Below are positions 13,074 to 25,828 of a stretch of DNA of 64,000 nucleotides, one piece after another. Below the pieces are notes generated by a model. It saw only the letters and a program-made list of their open reading frames with translations, was not told the DNA's origin and did not search any database. The stretch comes from Lama guanicoe (Eukaryota), in assembly GCA_013239625.1 (NCBI GenBank), contig MU053934.1:6218399-6282398 (forward strand), given 5' to 3'. The first letter of the stretch is position 1; each line of letters opens with the position of its first letter. The position numbers and the translations under genes were made by a program.

Positions 13074-14717
13074 GTGAGTATCAGCCCTCGCCCAGGCTCT
13101 GGTAATCTTTCCCCGGGACCGGGCTCCAATTGGCGCTGCCCAGGTGCTCTGGGTGGATGAAACAGCCTGGGCAAAAACAGAGACATGGGGTCAACCTTTG
13201 GAGAGGGGTGGGCAGGCTGACAGAGACCAGCCCTGGGCCTTTGGGGTAGGTCGCTGGGTGGAGTCAAACTGGGGAGGGGGTATGTGGGAGCCACAGGGAG
13301 ACTGACCTGGCTTGGGCAAAGAGGAGTTTTTGATGCAAGTGCTGTTTGTGCCCTGTGTCCAACCCAAGGCCAGGCACAGAGCAGAGGCTTAATAAAAGAT
13401 GAATGATGAGTGAATGACAAGTGAGTGAACAGGATGGATACTGCTACTTCAACAGTTAGTGAGCTCCCCATCGTGGGAGGTATTCAAGCCTAGGCTGGAC
13501 ATTCTTCACTCAGAGATCTTACATCAGGAATCCGTGTAAGCCCAAACCACCTCAGAAGGGGAGTGTGCTGTGCAGAGAGAGGGGCACTGTTTGGGTGTCA
13601 GGAGACCCACCTGCTGTGCACCTTGGGAGAGCCAGTTCCCCTCTCTGGGCCTTAGTCTCCTTATTGTCCAATGGGATGAGGAGAGGACTGAGCTGGTCTA
13701 ACAATGGGCAGTTTTTGGTCTGCGGAGGGTTTTCCACAGTCCTGAAGCAGGCTCTGCAGGCAGGGCCCAGGAGGGCCACGGGGCTCCAGGGAGGGGTTCC
13801 TCAGGCCACAGTTCCATTCCCCCTACCTTATCTTCAGGACAGCCCGTGCCTCAGCTGGCCCCGTGTTCAAAGGTGTCTGTAAGCAGTTCTCACGCTCACA
13901 GGGCCACGGCTTCATCACCCCCGAGAACGGGTCCGAGGACATCTTCGTGCACGTATCTGAGTGAGTCCCCCCAGCCCCCTGTTCGTGGCTGGGCCCCTGC
14001 TGCAGTGCCCCAGCAGGGCCTCAAGAAGGGCCTCCCTAGGCTCCTCCCCTCACTGGCTAACGTCTGTTCCCGGCATGTTTCTCCTGTCATAGAGCCTACG
14101 GGCGCATGGGTGGGGAGGGCTGGGCCAGGTGAAAGGGAGTGCTCAGACCCCAGAAGCCTTGGGCACCAGGGGCTGGGTCCTGGGACCCTGTTTCTGTATC
14201 ATAGGGGCTGAGAGGGCTGGGCCAGTCCCTGGATCTTTCAGCCTGGAGGGTAGGCCAGAAGGTAGGAGAGGTGGTCTAGGCCTGGCCCCCAGCCCTAATG
14301 CCAGGTGTGACCTCACGAGGTCATTGGGCTCTAAGCCTCGGAGACCTCCCTGAGCCCTTTTACATCTCACTTTATAGTTCAGGACTGTTTATGATTCCCA
14401 TTTTACAGATCAGAGAACTGGGGCTCTGAGACGGGAAGCTGGCTCAGGCTCCCCGACCTAGCTAAGCCCAGCGCAAGGCCTCCCTCAGGTCAGACCACAG
14501 GGGTCGTCCTGGGAGTGGGGCCTGTGGGGCTGACACCCCTCTCCCGCTCACCAGCATCGAGGGGGAGTACGTGCCAGTGGAAGGCGACGAGGTGACCTAC
14601 AAGATGTGCCCTATCCCGCCCAAGAACCAGAAGTTCCAAGCCGTGGAGGTGGTGCTCACCCAGCTGGCCCCACACACTCCCCACGAGACGTGGTCCGGCC
14701 AGGTTGTGGGCTCCTAG
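12898..14717 (+). CDS. CSDC2: Cold shock domain-containing protein C2 (PIPPin), complete spliced CDS: join(12898..13073,13838..13960,14555..14717), 153 aa
   Basis: Spliced translation [27 protein letters not shown]...[72 protein letters not shown]...[10 protein letters not shown]. It contains cold-shock RNP1 (GHGFI) and RNP2 (IFVH) motifs. Introns are GT-AG; 176+123+163=462 nt. Confidence 0.97.
13838..13960 (+). CDS. CSDC2: CSDC2 coding exon 2 (cold-shock domain)
   Basis: Boundaries tcttcag| and |gtgagt; encodes [31 protein letters not shown]. Confidence 0.95.
14555..14717 (+). CDS. CSDC2: CSDC2 last coding exon
   Basis: Acceptor ctcaccag|; encodes [15 protein letters not shown]...VVGS, ending at TAG. 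Confidence 0.95.
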
Positions 14718-16490
14718 GCTGGGCGGCTCACGTGCCAGCTGCTGGGCGGGTGGGGAGCGACTCTGGGTAGATGGGCAGCAGTGGGTTCCATGCCCCACTG
14801 CACTGGCTGACCAGGTCCCTGGGGCAGCCTCGGTGTGCACATCTGTCTGTCTGTGCTTGTGGCCGTGAGTGTGTGCCTCCATCCACCCCCGTGACTGTCG
14901 TGAGCTGTACCGAGGCCACCAGTCCTGCCTTCTCTGCTCATCACTCCTTCTTCCTCTCCCCGCCACACAGCACAGGACCCTCTTGCCCTCCTAACACCCG
15001 ACAGTGTGGCCACAGGGCCTCCAGGGCCTGTGTCAGGCCTGGGGCTGGGAGTCTGGGCAGCAGCGGGGCCCCGTACAAGCCTGCTCCCCTAGCCTGTGTC
15101 CCATGCCTGGCCCCGGGGCCAGACTCTGCTTCTGCTACTCACACCTCCCACCCTGCGCTGGGGTCTCCCACTGTGGCCTGGACCCCTCCCCTCAGAAGCC
15201 AGGCCAGTGAGTGCTTTGTGGGAGCCTCCCGGCCTCTCGCAGGGGAAGAAGACAAAACCTGGAGGCAGAAAGCCCCCTCCCCACTGCCAAGGCCCAGTCT
15301 GCTTTCCTTCCTTCTCTTCCTCAGCACACTGGAGAAGCAGGAAAGGCAGTTTGGGGGCTCTTGTTTTGCCAGCTGGTCCCTCCCCCTCAGCCTGGCAAAA
15401 GCTCTGTGAACCCCAAACTGAGGCCATGTCCCCTACCCTGGGCCACGCTGAGCCTCACTGCCTCCACTCCGCCTGAGGAGGCACTGGTCTGCAGAGGGGT
15501 GGGGATATGTCTCCCCTAGTTTGGTTGGAGCCGTGCTCTTCGTCCTGCCTCACAAACCCCACGGATGCTCTGCTCATGCTGCTGAGGACCCAGCAAAGGA
15601 CAGACCAACATCCCCACAGGCAGGGCCAGGCAGGGGCACCCACCAGAACAGCCCTCAGGCTGGGAGACCACCAGCCTTGCAGCCCCCTTGCTGGGCCCTC
15701 TTCTGAAAACTGTGGGACAGTGTCTCCTGCTGGTTCCCAGTAGGCCAGAGGCTGAGGTGTGGTCCCTGTCTTGTCCATCCCTTAAGACGTGTGGTGTTCC
15801 TCTCACCTGGAGTCCTGTGGGCCAGGACGTGTGTTTGTGTGCATTCAGTCTTGGGCAGGGGGTTGGCCTGGCCTGGGAGGACAGGAAGGGGGGCTCTGCC
15901 TCCCCCTACTTCCACCCGACTCCCTTCCAGAGAACACATCACCTGATGGGGGCAGAAATGGGGTTCAAGAGAGGGCCTGCCAGGGAGTGATCCTTTTGAG
16001 ACCCAGTCTGAGTGAAATGGGGACTCAAATGCCCAGGATGGGGGGTCAGTGACTGTCTAGGAGGGTCCTTGGCCCTGTTATGTAGGTGCCCCAAGGCCCC
16101 AGGGTGGAGACCAGCTGGGGTATGTGCAGCTCTTCCCTGTCCCCACCACAGAGGTGGGAAACTAGAGCTGCTAAGGTGTGCTGGCCCGCCCCCTAAACTC
16201 AGAATGGCCAGCCTAGCTGACACCTCACCCTGCGCTGGGGCTACTCCAGCAAGGCCTGACGCCTTTGCTCTGAGAAACGTAGCTCCCTGGCTTCCTTGGC
16301 TGGTTTATTGGTGCCAGTTAACTCCTAGAAGCCCCCAGGACACCCACCCCAAGAGTAGGCCCCCTTCTTAGGCACTAGCCAGGGAGCACCAGCCCTGGGG
16401 CTGCCCCACTCATGGCCCCACGGTGTCCCGTCAGACCTCGTCCCGGGACCCCCCAGCCACCTGGACTCCCCCAACCTTCCTAACACTGGC

Positions 16491-16496
16491 AATAAA
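16491..16496 (+). terminator. CSDC2: CSDC2 polyadenylation signal AATAAA (3' UTR about 1.8 kb)
   Basis: First AATAAA I found downstream of the stop; it lies just before the convergent PMM1 3' end. Confidence 0.75.
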
Positions 16497-16765
16497 CCCT
16501 CAACTGTGACTCAGCCTAGCCAGAGATGCCTCTGTCTGTCTGGGTCCGAGGGGAAGCGGCTTGGGAGGACACCCCAAACAGCCCTTGTTTGGGGCTTCAA
16601 TGGCCCACCCTCCTCGGCTGTATCAAAGACTCCCTGTGTGACCAGGGTAAGGCCCTGCCATCTGTGCCTGCTTCCTCATCTGCAAAGCGGGGGCAGGAAC
16701 AGCACCTGTGACGAGGGCCAGTTAGCCACCCAGACAGAACTGACCCCGTACCTTGTCGTGGGAAC

Positions 16766-16771
16766 TTTAAT
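16766..16771 (-). terminator. PMM1: PMM1 polyadenylation signal ATTAAA
   Basis: TTTAAT on the + strand, about 380 nt downstream of the PMM1 stop. Confidence 0.65.
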
Positions 16772-17152
16772 ATCTGTGAGATAAAGTTCTCGAAAATATG
16801 CACCTTCCCAGTGCTCTGCCCCCATCCAGGGCAGGCAGGGCGGGCTCTGTCTCGTACCAACGCTCGTACACGCCTCCTGCTAGACAGAAACCTGTTCTGT
16901 TCAGAAGAACGAGCAGCAGCTGTATCCAGGGCCAGAGGTGGAGGGTGGGAGCCGGTCCCATCAGTGCTGACCGGTGGGGGACAGCTGTCCACAGACCCTA
17001 GGCCCGCTGAGGTGGGCCTTCAGCAGGTAACATGAGGCAGGCATCCTGGGCCAGAGGAGGGGCCTGGCACACCACTCAACACCAGGGCCGGGGCTCTCTT
17101 CAGGCCTGGGCGGAGCTTTCTGGAAGTCCCAAGGGGCAGGTGTGGTCCCTGG

Positions 17153-17275
17153 TCATGCCTCGTGGGCTGTCTCTGGAAAAAAGATCTCACGGCATCGCTG
17201 CACTGTGTCCTGTGGGGACACCACACTGTGGCCAACGGTCCGGGGGTCGGTGTAGATCTCAAAGTCGTTCCCACC
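17153..17275 (-). CDS. PMM1: PMM1 exon 8 (coding part)
   Basis: [40 protein letters not shown], ending at TGA. Confidence 0.95.
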   Translation of the reverse strand, partial: GGNDFEIYTDPRTVGHSVVSPQDTVQRCREIFFPETAHEA

Positions 17276-20200
17276 CTGCACACAGAGGAAGGGCAGAGAA
17301 GCCATATAGACATATGTGGTGCCTGGTGGAGGCTCCCAGGGTTATGCCCCAACACCCACCCTGGCATGGAGTCCCTTCCCCACACTGGCTCCTACAGGGC
17401 TGCCCCTCCTCCTGCCCCCTCAGAACTGCCAGCAAGCCCATCTTCTGGGCCTTCACCAGATCTGCCCTGACTTGCTGTGTGACATGGGGCAAGTGTCCAG
17501 CCAGCTCTGGGCCCCAGCCTTCCAATCTGTGTAATGGGGCTGTTCTCTAGGAGTTTCCCAGGAGGTCTGTTCTGTCACCCTGTATCCTGGCCTTGATCTG
17601 GGGGTGACTTGGGATGAGGGGGACTCAGATTGAGCCTGAGCCACACTCACGGGGCTGGTCTCGTTCCCAAAGAAGTGGATGGTGTCGAAGCTATCCTGAT
17701 CCAGGCTGTCCAGGCAGTAGCGCTTGTCCCAGCCCTCAGGGAAGATGTCAAAGCTGATCATGCCACCTGCAGGGTGGAAGTTGGGGTGGTAGATGAGGCT
17801 AGCACAGGGGCAGCTCACAGGGAGCTAGGGGCACCCTCTGTTCATTCATTCAGCAACCCTTGAGTGTCTACTGAGCACCAGGCAGAGGGCGTGGATAGAC
17901 TCAGGATCCCCATGGGGTTTCAATCCAGGTGGGAGAAAGGGTGGTAAGTGACCAGACCACCTCAGAGCATGGAAGTCAACGGGGCAAGCAAACTCCCCAG
18001 CCAGTATGATCGGGGAGACCTCTCCGAGGTGACACTGAGCTGAGACCTGAGCCAGAGCAGCAATTGCTGGGGAGCAAGCACAGTCTCCAAGGCTGGGAAG
18101 GGTGTGGAGTGTCCCAGTGACAGAGAAAGCTGGGAAAGGGCTGGGGCAAGGGCACACGGGCCCTGGGGTGCAGGGAGAGGGTTTCATTAAGGGTGAGGAG
18201 GTGCTTCTGAAGGGCTCAAAGCAGGGGTATGATAGGGGCTGTCTTTCCATAAGGATCCCTCTGGCCACTGTGGGGAATGGACCGTAGGGTCATGTGGCAG
18301 TGGGAAAGGCTTTGGTTTTTGACCTGAATCACTGGGTGGGGAAGCCTAGGGGCCCAGGAGGGGTTTCTAAAAACTCAGGAGTGAGGCCCTGGGTGTGCTC
18401 CTGTGCCAGACCTCAGGCCCTGTGCAGGGTATACATACCTCGGGAGAACCTTAGACCTTTGCCAGCAAACTCTGTTTTCAAGGCTTCCACAAACTTCTCC
18501 CGGATCTTCTCCTTCTGTAGGAGGGGAGGGAGCAAACTGGGGTTCAGAGGGCTGTGTACCAGGCCCTGGGCTGGGCACAAAATTCATGTGAGCTCCCTGA
18601 GAATTCCAGGTGGATTATCATGACCCCCTAACTTTACAGATGAGGAAATTGAGGCCTGGAGAGGGGCTATGCCTTGTTTAAGGTCACCCAGCCTCAGTGG
18701 CAGAGCCAGAGCCTGAATCCAGAAGGTCTGTAACTGAACACAGTGCCAGATCCTGCCAGTGTGGTATGGGCGGGGTACTCTGAAGGGAGCCTTGGAGTGG
18801 AGGAGGGTTGAACGTATCTACAAACACAGAATAAAGGGACACTCACTCACTGGCCTGAGGCTCCCCAGCCTGGCCCTGCTGGGACCACAGAGGGGAACAG
18901 CCATGCCAGGCCTGGAGGGGCAGCCCTCTTGGCTGCTGCACTGATGGGGGCCGGTGCCCCAGGAGTGGACCAAGTGCCTAGCCCTGTGCTTTAGCCCTGT
19001 GCTTTAGTCAGTCAGTGATGGGAAGGACTAGAATGGGAGGAGAGGCAGGCAGTGGCCAGCAGTTTGGAGCCTGGAGAAGTGGTCCAGGGAGTGCATAAGA
19101 GATAAAGGCAGGCTGCCTGGGTTCCAGGCTTGACTGCTGTGCCTCCTGGCTGTGTGACCATGGGCAACTCGCCTGACTTCTCTGAGCCTCTCTCCTGGGC
19201 TAAAGGATGGAAAAGTGATGAATAAACTCTGCTTGACATTCATGAAAAGCAAGGATGAGGGATGTGACCCTTCCTGGCAGCCTGGGCCTTGTCTTCCCAG
19301 CAGGCAGGTGGGCTCCCAGGGAGGCCAAAGTCCCTACCAGAGGCCACTCTGTGGGCCCAGGGTTAGAGCTAAGGGTGTCCCGAGCTCTGAATAAATGTTC
19401 CCACGTGGCCCAAGATGGCTGCACCTCTTGTCTCCATAGAACCAGGCTGGTCACTGGAGAGTCCCACGTGCCACGTCCAGCCTCAGCAGAGACCAGCACT
19501 GTGACCTCGAGCTGGCCACTTACCCTTTGGCCTCAGTGTCCTCATCTGGAAAAGGGGACTACTTGTCCTCAGGGCCTGAGGGGCTAAAGGAGAATAAAGC
19601 ATTTATATGGAATCTGGGCTGATGCAGGGGACACAGGAGGTCAGGACACTCCTGAGCTTCTCTAATGTCAGAAGGGAGCAAACGAGAGCCAAAAAGACAA
19701 GACAAGACCATGGCAGCTGTGAGTACAGCCAGCATGTGCCAGACCTCCAACTTGCCCCACCCTCACTGCAGCCCATGAGATGGAACTGTGATTACCCCCA
19801 CTTTACAGATGAGAAAACAGAGGCACACAGTGGTGAAACCAATTTTCCAGATTACTGGGCATGTAGGAGGTGGAGCGCTGGGACTGGAAACCTGGGTGGC
19901 CTGGGAAAGGGCCCCCTCTCAGTACGTGTGTGGGAGGGGGTCTTGGCCAATGTCAATCTTAACCACTCTAACAAGGAAAGTCTCCAGGCTTGTGTGCATT
20001 GCCTACCCTATGCCTCAGGCACAGGGTGAGAATGGGAACAGATCATCACAGCAAGTCCCACCTAACCCTTGGGACAAGGCAGCAGGGGGAGACCCAAGTT
20101 CAGATCTGCAATTACTCCCTGTGTGACCTAGGGCAAGTCACTTCCCCTCGCTGAGCCTCAGTTTCCTCATTCATCAAATGGGGATAACACCATCTATTTC

Positions 20201-23200
20201 ATTCATTCCATAAGTATTTCTTGTGTCAGGCAAGTGCTGGGCACAGGGGATCAGCAGTGAGCAGCTGCAGAAAACTTAGCCCTTAAGGAGCTTACAGCTC
20301 TGGTGTGGGAGACAGGAACTAGCCAAGATTTTAAAAGTAGGTGACACAGTGTATTAGAGGGTGGTGACAGCTGCTTGGGAAGAAATAAAACAGAGGAGGA
20401 GAGCAGGAGGCATAAGGGGGTGCAGTGTTATGTGTAACATTTAGACTGGATGGCGTGAAAAGGCTCAATGGACTGACTCCACCCCTGAAAGGGAGGGGGT
20501 GTGTGCCGGGGATGACAAGCCACATGCATGTCAAGGTTTAGCAGGGGCAGCATAGCCAAAGGCGACAGGGACCCTGGTGTGTTCCAAGTACAGATGCACA
20601 GGGAGAAGGCTGGAGAGGTGAGCCTGAGCCAGGCAGAGCCCTCAGGGCATCACGGGAGGGGGCCAGGACACTGTCCAGTTGGCAAGGAGACCCATGGAAA
20701 GATTGTAAGCAGGGAGCGGACGGGGGCAGATGTGCTTCACAAGATTTTCAGTGGCCTTGCTGGAGAACAGGCTGGCGGGGTTTTATGGAGGGGGTGGGGG
20801 TGAAGGGGTTTGAGACCAACTGGAGGCTGAAGCACTGGGAATTACTGTTGAACCTGATGGGGTGGGAAGGAAGAAATGATGCCCTAGGTGTTGGCCTAGG
20901 TAAGTAGGTGGCTGGTGGAGCTGGTCACCAAGGGAGGGAAACCAGCTGTGCTGGAAAGATGCAGAAGTGCCTACAACCATGGCACATGGGAGGTGTCCAA
21001 AAGAGTACAGGTTGAATTAGAACACCACCCACAACCAATCCATTTCACTGATGAGAAAACAGAGGCTCAGGGACGGTGAGTGACTGAGGCCCTAGAGCCC
21101 AAGGCCGCACAACTGGTGGCACCTTGTCCAGTTCGGAGAACTCGATTCTTTCCTCCAGTGTACAGCTCCGGCCGATAGGGGAGATGTTCAGCATGCCATT
21201 CCGGAACTCATTGAAGGTTCCACTGGTGGTGAAGAGGGTGGGTGGGAGGGTGGGGAGCCAGAGAGAAGGAGAAGGGCCCTGAATTCAAATCCAGCCTCAC
21301 CACCCACCAGTAAGTCAGGGCCAATCTGAGAGACGCATCCCCTTCCCCCCTCAGGCCCAGGATTGGGAGGAGGGGTGGGACTCAGGCTGGGCGGGATCTC
21401 ACCGCTTCTTGGGAAGTCTGAGCAGGGCCATGTAGCGGAGGCAGAAGTTGATCAAGTCCTGCAGGAGTTCCTCCCCCAAGTGGTTCTGGATGGTCTAAGC
21501 AAGGAACACAGGGCTCTGAGTGTGGCTGGCACAACCCTCTGCTCCCCCACGACCCAGGACAGAAGGTACCCAAGGACTGTCCCACTGTGGAAAAGTATCC
21601 TAAGGCCCGGGTGGGGGGCACTGACCTGCTTGGAGAGTAGTCTTCCATGCTTGTACTGCACTGTGCCGTTCTCAGCAAACACATAATCAAACTTTTCGAT
21701 GACTTGAAGGCCACATAGAGGCCAGGGGAGAAAGAAAGAACGTGAGACCAGGTACCCAGAGCCAAGCAGGGAAGCCCACACTCCTTGGTCTGGCATTCAA
21801 AGCCCACTTGTTCTATCCCGAACCTGCTTTTCCAGCTGCCTTGTCTTCTGCAGCTTATTTTTTTCCAAACAAGCACACAAGCCAGTAACACCTCTGGGAC
21901 TTTGCTCATGCAGCTCCTTCTACCTGGGATGCCCTCCCTCCTTACTTCTCCTCTAGGACCCAGCTCCTTCCTCTGGAAACCCTCCAGGACTTCCCAGGAG
22001 AGGACATCATTTCTGCTCTGTGCTCCCGCAGCTTCTCTGTACAAGGGCTTCCCATTTATTTTACAACTTCCATCACTGTGTTCTCAAGACTGGCTGCAAG
22101 GGGGATTTCTGGACTCTGCCACAGGAAGTGGCTGGACTGGGTGGTAGTGGGGAGGTGCAGGGAGCCAGCCAGGAGGCTGTTGCAGGGTCAGGTGCGAGGT
22201 GATCACCTGGACCATGGCAGGGCAGTGGAGACAGAGACATGGACACATAGTGGGAAACTTTTGGACTTGCTAATGGAATAAACAAAGAGATGAGGAAAAG
22301 GGAAAAGTCAAGGAAGTTTCTGGTTTGAGGAACTGGAGGCATTTGCCTAGGCTGAGCTGAAAGTGGGAACATAGCTGAGAAAAGGGGCTCTGGGTCCAAA
22401 AACCTTCTGGGTGACTTCAGAATCCTGTTAAATGGGATAACCACGCCTACCCTAAAGCATGGTTGGGAGGAGTAAATGAAAGGAAGTTAACACATAGTCA
22501 TTTTCGACAAATGGTTATTGATTATGCCCATTTTAAAGATGAGGAAATCAAGACTCAGGGAGGACTGAGAATATAAAGGAGGATTCTGTCTGCTTTATAA
22601 ACTGCTGTTTCTCCAAAGCCTGGCACAGTGCCTGGCACATAGTAGATGCTCATCAAATGTTTGTTGCGTTATTGAGGGAAACATCAGGCTGTTCACTACT
22701 TCCTTTGCCCCACTAAAGCAGGACTGAGTCTTTGAAAGCTCATTGCTCCAAGGATCTCCCAAACTCCCCACTCCCTCCACCCCACCCTAACTGGACTGTG
22801 GAACTGGCTCTGGCCCGCTCCTCTTACCTTCATCCCCCTCTCCCAGCTGCTCAGCAATCTTAGAGTAGTCAGAGCCACCTACCACACCGATCTGCACCCT
22901 ACTTCGCAACTTCTGCAGGAAGGCAGCCACCTCAGGGTCGATTTTCTGCAGTGGGGCAGGAAAGCACAGAATTCTGGCTGTCAGCAAGTCTGGGACCTCC
23001 ACTTAAGACCTCAGTCAGTGCTCAGAACCCTGGGAGCCATGTTCCACCTAGATCTGAGGCAGTTCAAGATTTAGAACCCAGACCTCAAAATTAGATGCAC
23101 TTGGATTCAAACTCTGGCTCAAGTTCCTCAATAGCAGGATAACCTGAGCAAATGGCTTTGCCTTTCTTTGCCTTTGTTGTCCCATCTATAAAATGGGGAT

Positions 23201-25141
23201 CATAGTAGCAACCACCTGGAGGGGGTCACTGTTAAGGATTAAGGAGATAGGAAATGGGTAAGAGATTAACTACTGACTAATCACTTGAAAAGATTCCCCA
23301 CTGAGGAAATGTAAACCAATGAGTTACAATCCATGTTTTCAAACATTCAGATATGCAAAGCCGACAAAATCTAGAGTGGATGCAGGGAAAATAGGCACTC
23401 TCAAATGTTGCTGGTCAGAGTGTAAATTGGTACAGCCACTTTGGGGGATAATTTGGCAAGATCTATTAAAACTGAAAATGCAAGTACCCCGTTATCCAAC
23501 ATAGCCCAGGTGTATATGGATGTTCATTGGGTATGCTTTATAACAGTGAAAAAACTGCAAACAAATACGAAGCTAGTCAGTTGGAGAATGGCACACACCT
23601 GCTCTGAAATGCTATATTGTGGTTACACAGAATAAGGCAGGACTGTGCTTCCAACATAGGAGAGCCCCAGACCCAGTGGTAATTGTCAAAAGCAAGTTGC
23701 AGAAAGGCACACAGATTATGATACCACTTATTAAAAACAAACAAACAGCCTCACAACTTTGGGGATGGTGCCAGGCCTGGGATCCTGACTAGTCAGAGAG
23801 GACTTTAGCCTTTCCTGTTATGTTTTCATTCTTTACAAGAGAGAATGTGTTTATGAATATCTGCGTAATTAAAAATTAACTTTTAAAAAGTGCTAAGGAC
23901 AGATCCAGGTGGGTGGATAGCACTGACAACCTGTTCTTGTTTATGCTGTTGGGTTAGTGGAGCTAAGGGTCAGAGGGAGGGGTCGGGGCTGGTCCTAGAC
24001 CCTGCTACCCTCCCTCCACTGTCTTCTTCCTCCCATTCCTGAGGACCCCGGAAGCTGCTGGAAGGCAGGGTGGCCTGATTCCTGTCCAGGGCCCTCACAT
24101 AGAGGAGGTGAGCCTAAGGACTGGGTTCCCAATCAGCCTCTGCCCTGCAACCCAGCCCTGTTCTAGGAGATCCCTTAGTAGGTCCTTCTGGATCCAGACT
24201 GGAGGGCAAGACAGAGGCCTGCTTATCCATGCACCCAACTGGTGAGGGTGGATCTGGGGGCTCATTCTGAGTGAGATCCAAAGGGAGAAAAACTGCGGAG
24301 CAGAGGTTGGAGCCATCAATACGGTGAGATGCTTTTAGAAGGAAAACTGCACTCCCATTCTCCCTGTACCACAATATACCCACGGTGACCAGAGGCCTGG
24401 GGCCTCCCACCTCCAGGTAGGCGGAGCCCCAAAACTCAGCCAAAAATGTATATAAGCCCTCCTTCCCTCCAGGAAGAGAGCCGGTGAGAGGGAGGTAAAC
24501 TGGAGGTGAGAGGGAGGTAAACTGGAGGAGGGGCTTGAGAAATTAGACACAGGCCTAGACCTACAAAGGTCAGGTGGGATGGCTCTGAAACCTCTTGCCC
24601 CTCACCCTCACCTGATGGTGACTTCAACGCTTGGGTGCACTGAGCCCAGTAGGGAACCCTGGGTTCAGACGCCAGCTTCGGGCTACTGGTGTGTCCTCCT
24701 AGGACGGGGTGGGAACAGGGGTGGGAGCCACGGCTGGGGAGGCAGGGGCGTCCTGGAGCCAGGCCTGGAGGGAGGAGAGCTAGGCCCCTGCCGGCAGCCT
24801 CCTCCCCACAACAATCAGACCCAGCCCTGTTGCTCCCAAGCAGAACATGGGCGCGGACGCTCAGGGGCCGTCACGTGGGAATCCAGGTTTTCATCACTCC
24901 CAGCAGGCGGCCCCGGGGTGTCAGAGGCCGGGTATTGCGGCAGTCCACACTCGGTCCCGGGGGATTACGAGTCACGCCGCTGCAGGAACTACATTCGGTC
25001 TCCGGGTGTCCGCGTGACACTCCTGACGGGAGCTTCTGAACGTCGGAGCCCTACCTGGCGAGCTGGAGTGAGGGTCCCGTCCACGTCAAACAGGCAGAGG
25101 ACGCGCTCCTTCCTGCGGGCGCCCTCAGCGGTGACCGCCAT
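17153..25141 (-). CDS. PMM1: Phosphomannomutase 1, complete spliced CDS: complement(join(17153..17275,17651..17766,18439..18514,21123..21222,21403..21494,21626..21702,22828..22945,25055..25141)), 262 aa
   Basis: Translation [35 protein letters not shown]...[15 protein letters not shown]...FFPETAHEA*. It has HAD motif I DVDGT and the PMM1-type GNET motif. Eight GT-AG exons total 789 nt. Confidence 0.97.
17651..17766 (-). CDS. PMM1: PMM1 exon 7
   Basis: [38 protein letters not shown]; boundaries cag| and |gtgag. Confidence 0.95.
18439..18514 (-). CDS. PMM1: PMM1 exon 6
   Basis: [25 protein letters not shown]; boundaries cag| and |gtatg. Confidence 0.95.
21123..21222 (-). CDS. PMM1: PMM1 exon 5
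   Basis: [33 protein letters not shown]; boundaries cag| and |gtgcc. Confidence 0.95.
21403..21494 (-). CDS. PMM1: PMM1 exon 4
   Basis: [31 protein letters not shown]; boundaries tag| and |gtgag. Confidence 0.95.
21626..21702 (-). CDS. PMM1: PMM1 exon 3
   Basis: [26 protein letters not shown]; boundaries aag| and |gtcag. Confidence 0.95.
22828..22945 (-). CDS. PMM1: PMM1 exon 2
   Basis: [39 protein letters not shown]; boundaries cag| and |gtaag. Confidence 0.95.
23290..23890 (+). mobile_element. Old L1M fragment in PMM1 intron 1
   Basis: ggtcagagtgtaaattggtacagccactttgggg...ttggca, resembling L1 ORF2/3' end sequence. Confidence 0.6.
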
Positions 25142-25600
25142 GGCTGCAGCTCCGCGCGCTCAGCTGAGTCGAAGGATGCGGCCTCTTGGAGCGGCGTCTG
25201 GAGGAAGCTAGACGGGGCGGGGCCTGAGAAGGGCGGGGTCCGCAAGCCGGCCTGATAGCGCCAAACGAAGAAGGGGCGTGGTCAGGGCGTGATCTCGGCG
25301 GAAGGGGGCGGGCCCGGATGGGACAAGGGCGGACCCCGAGCCTACTAGGGAGGAGAATTCTGATTGCACCAGGCTGAGAAGGGACGAGGCATAGGGCGGG
25401 GCAGAGTCCGACCGGTTCGGTCGGATTGTTCCAAAGGAGACGGAGGCAGGGCCTAAGTGAGGGAATAGAACCAGGAAGGGAGGGGCGGGGCCAGAATTGG
25501 CTGGAAGCGGGACGACTCTGATTGCATCTGACCGAGGAGGGGCTGGACTGGGGCGGGGCCTCGAACCCGCACTGCAGCGTCTCCAGGACCTGGGCGGAAC
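24850..25600. promoter_or_regulatory. PMM1 CpG-island promoter with multiple GC boxes
   Basis: CpG-dense sequence around exon 1; repeated GGGCGG (Sp/KLF) motifs at about 25214, 25231, 25395, 25482 and 25550. Confidence 0.8.
25055..25141 (-). CDS. PMM1: PMM1 exon 1 (coding part)
   Basis: [29 protein letters not shown], followed by donor gtagg. Confidence 0.95.
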
Positions 25601-25828
25601 TCAGCTCCTAACCATAACTCTCCCCGTGGCCGCCTTCACCCTAGGACTCACTTCTTTCCTGCTAATCCCTTTGACCTACAAATCTCGAGCTTTAAGAAAT
25701 CTCCTGATGGCCTTTACTCAGGCTCTGGACTTTGCCAGACGGCCTTCCCTGACCTTTACTCCTGCTGTCATTCTGTCCACCCCATAAGGCGCAGCTCACT
25801 GTTTACTTCCTTCAAGAAATGTACCTAG

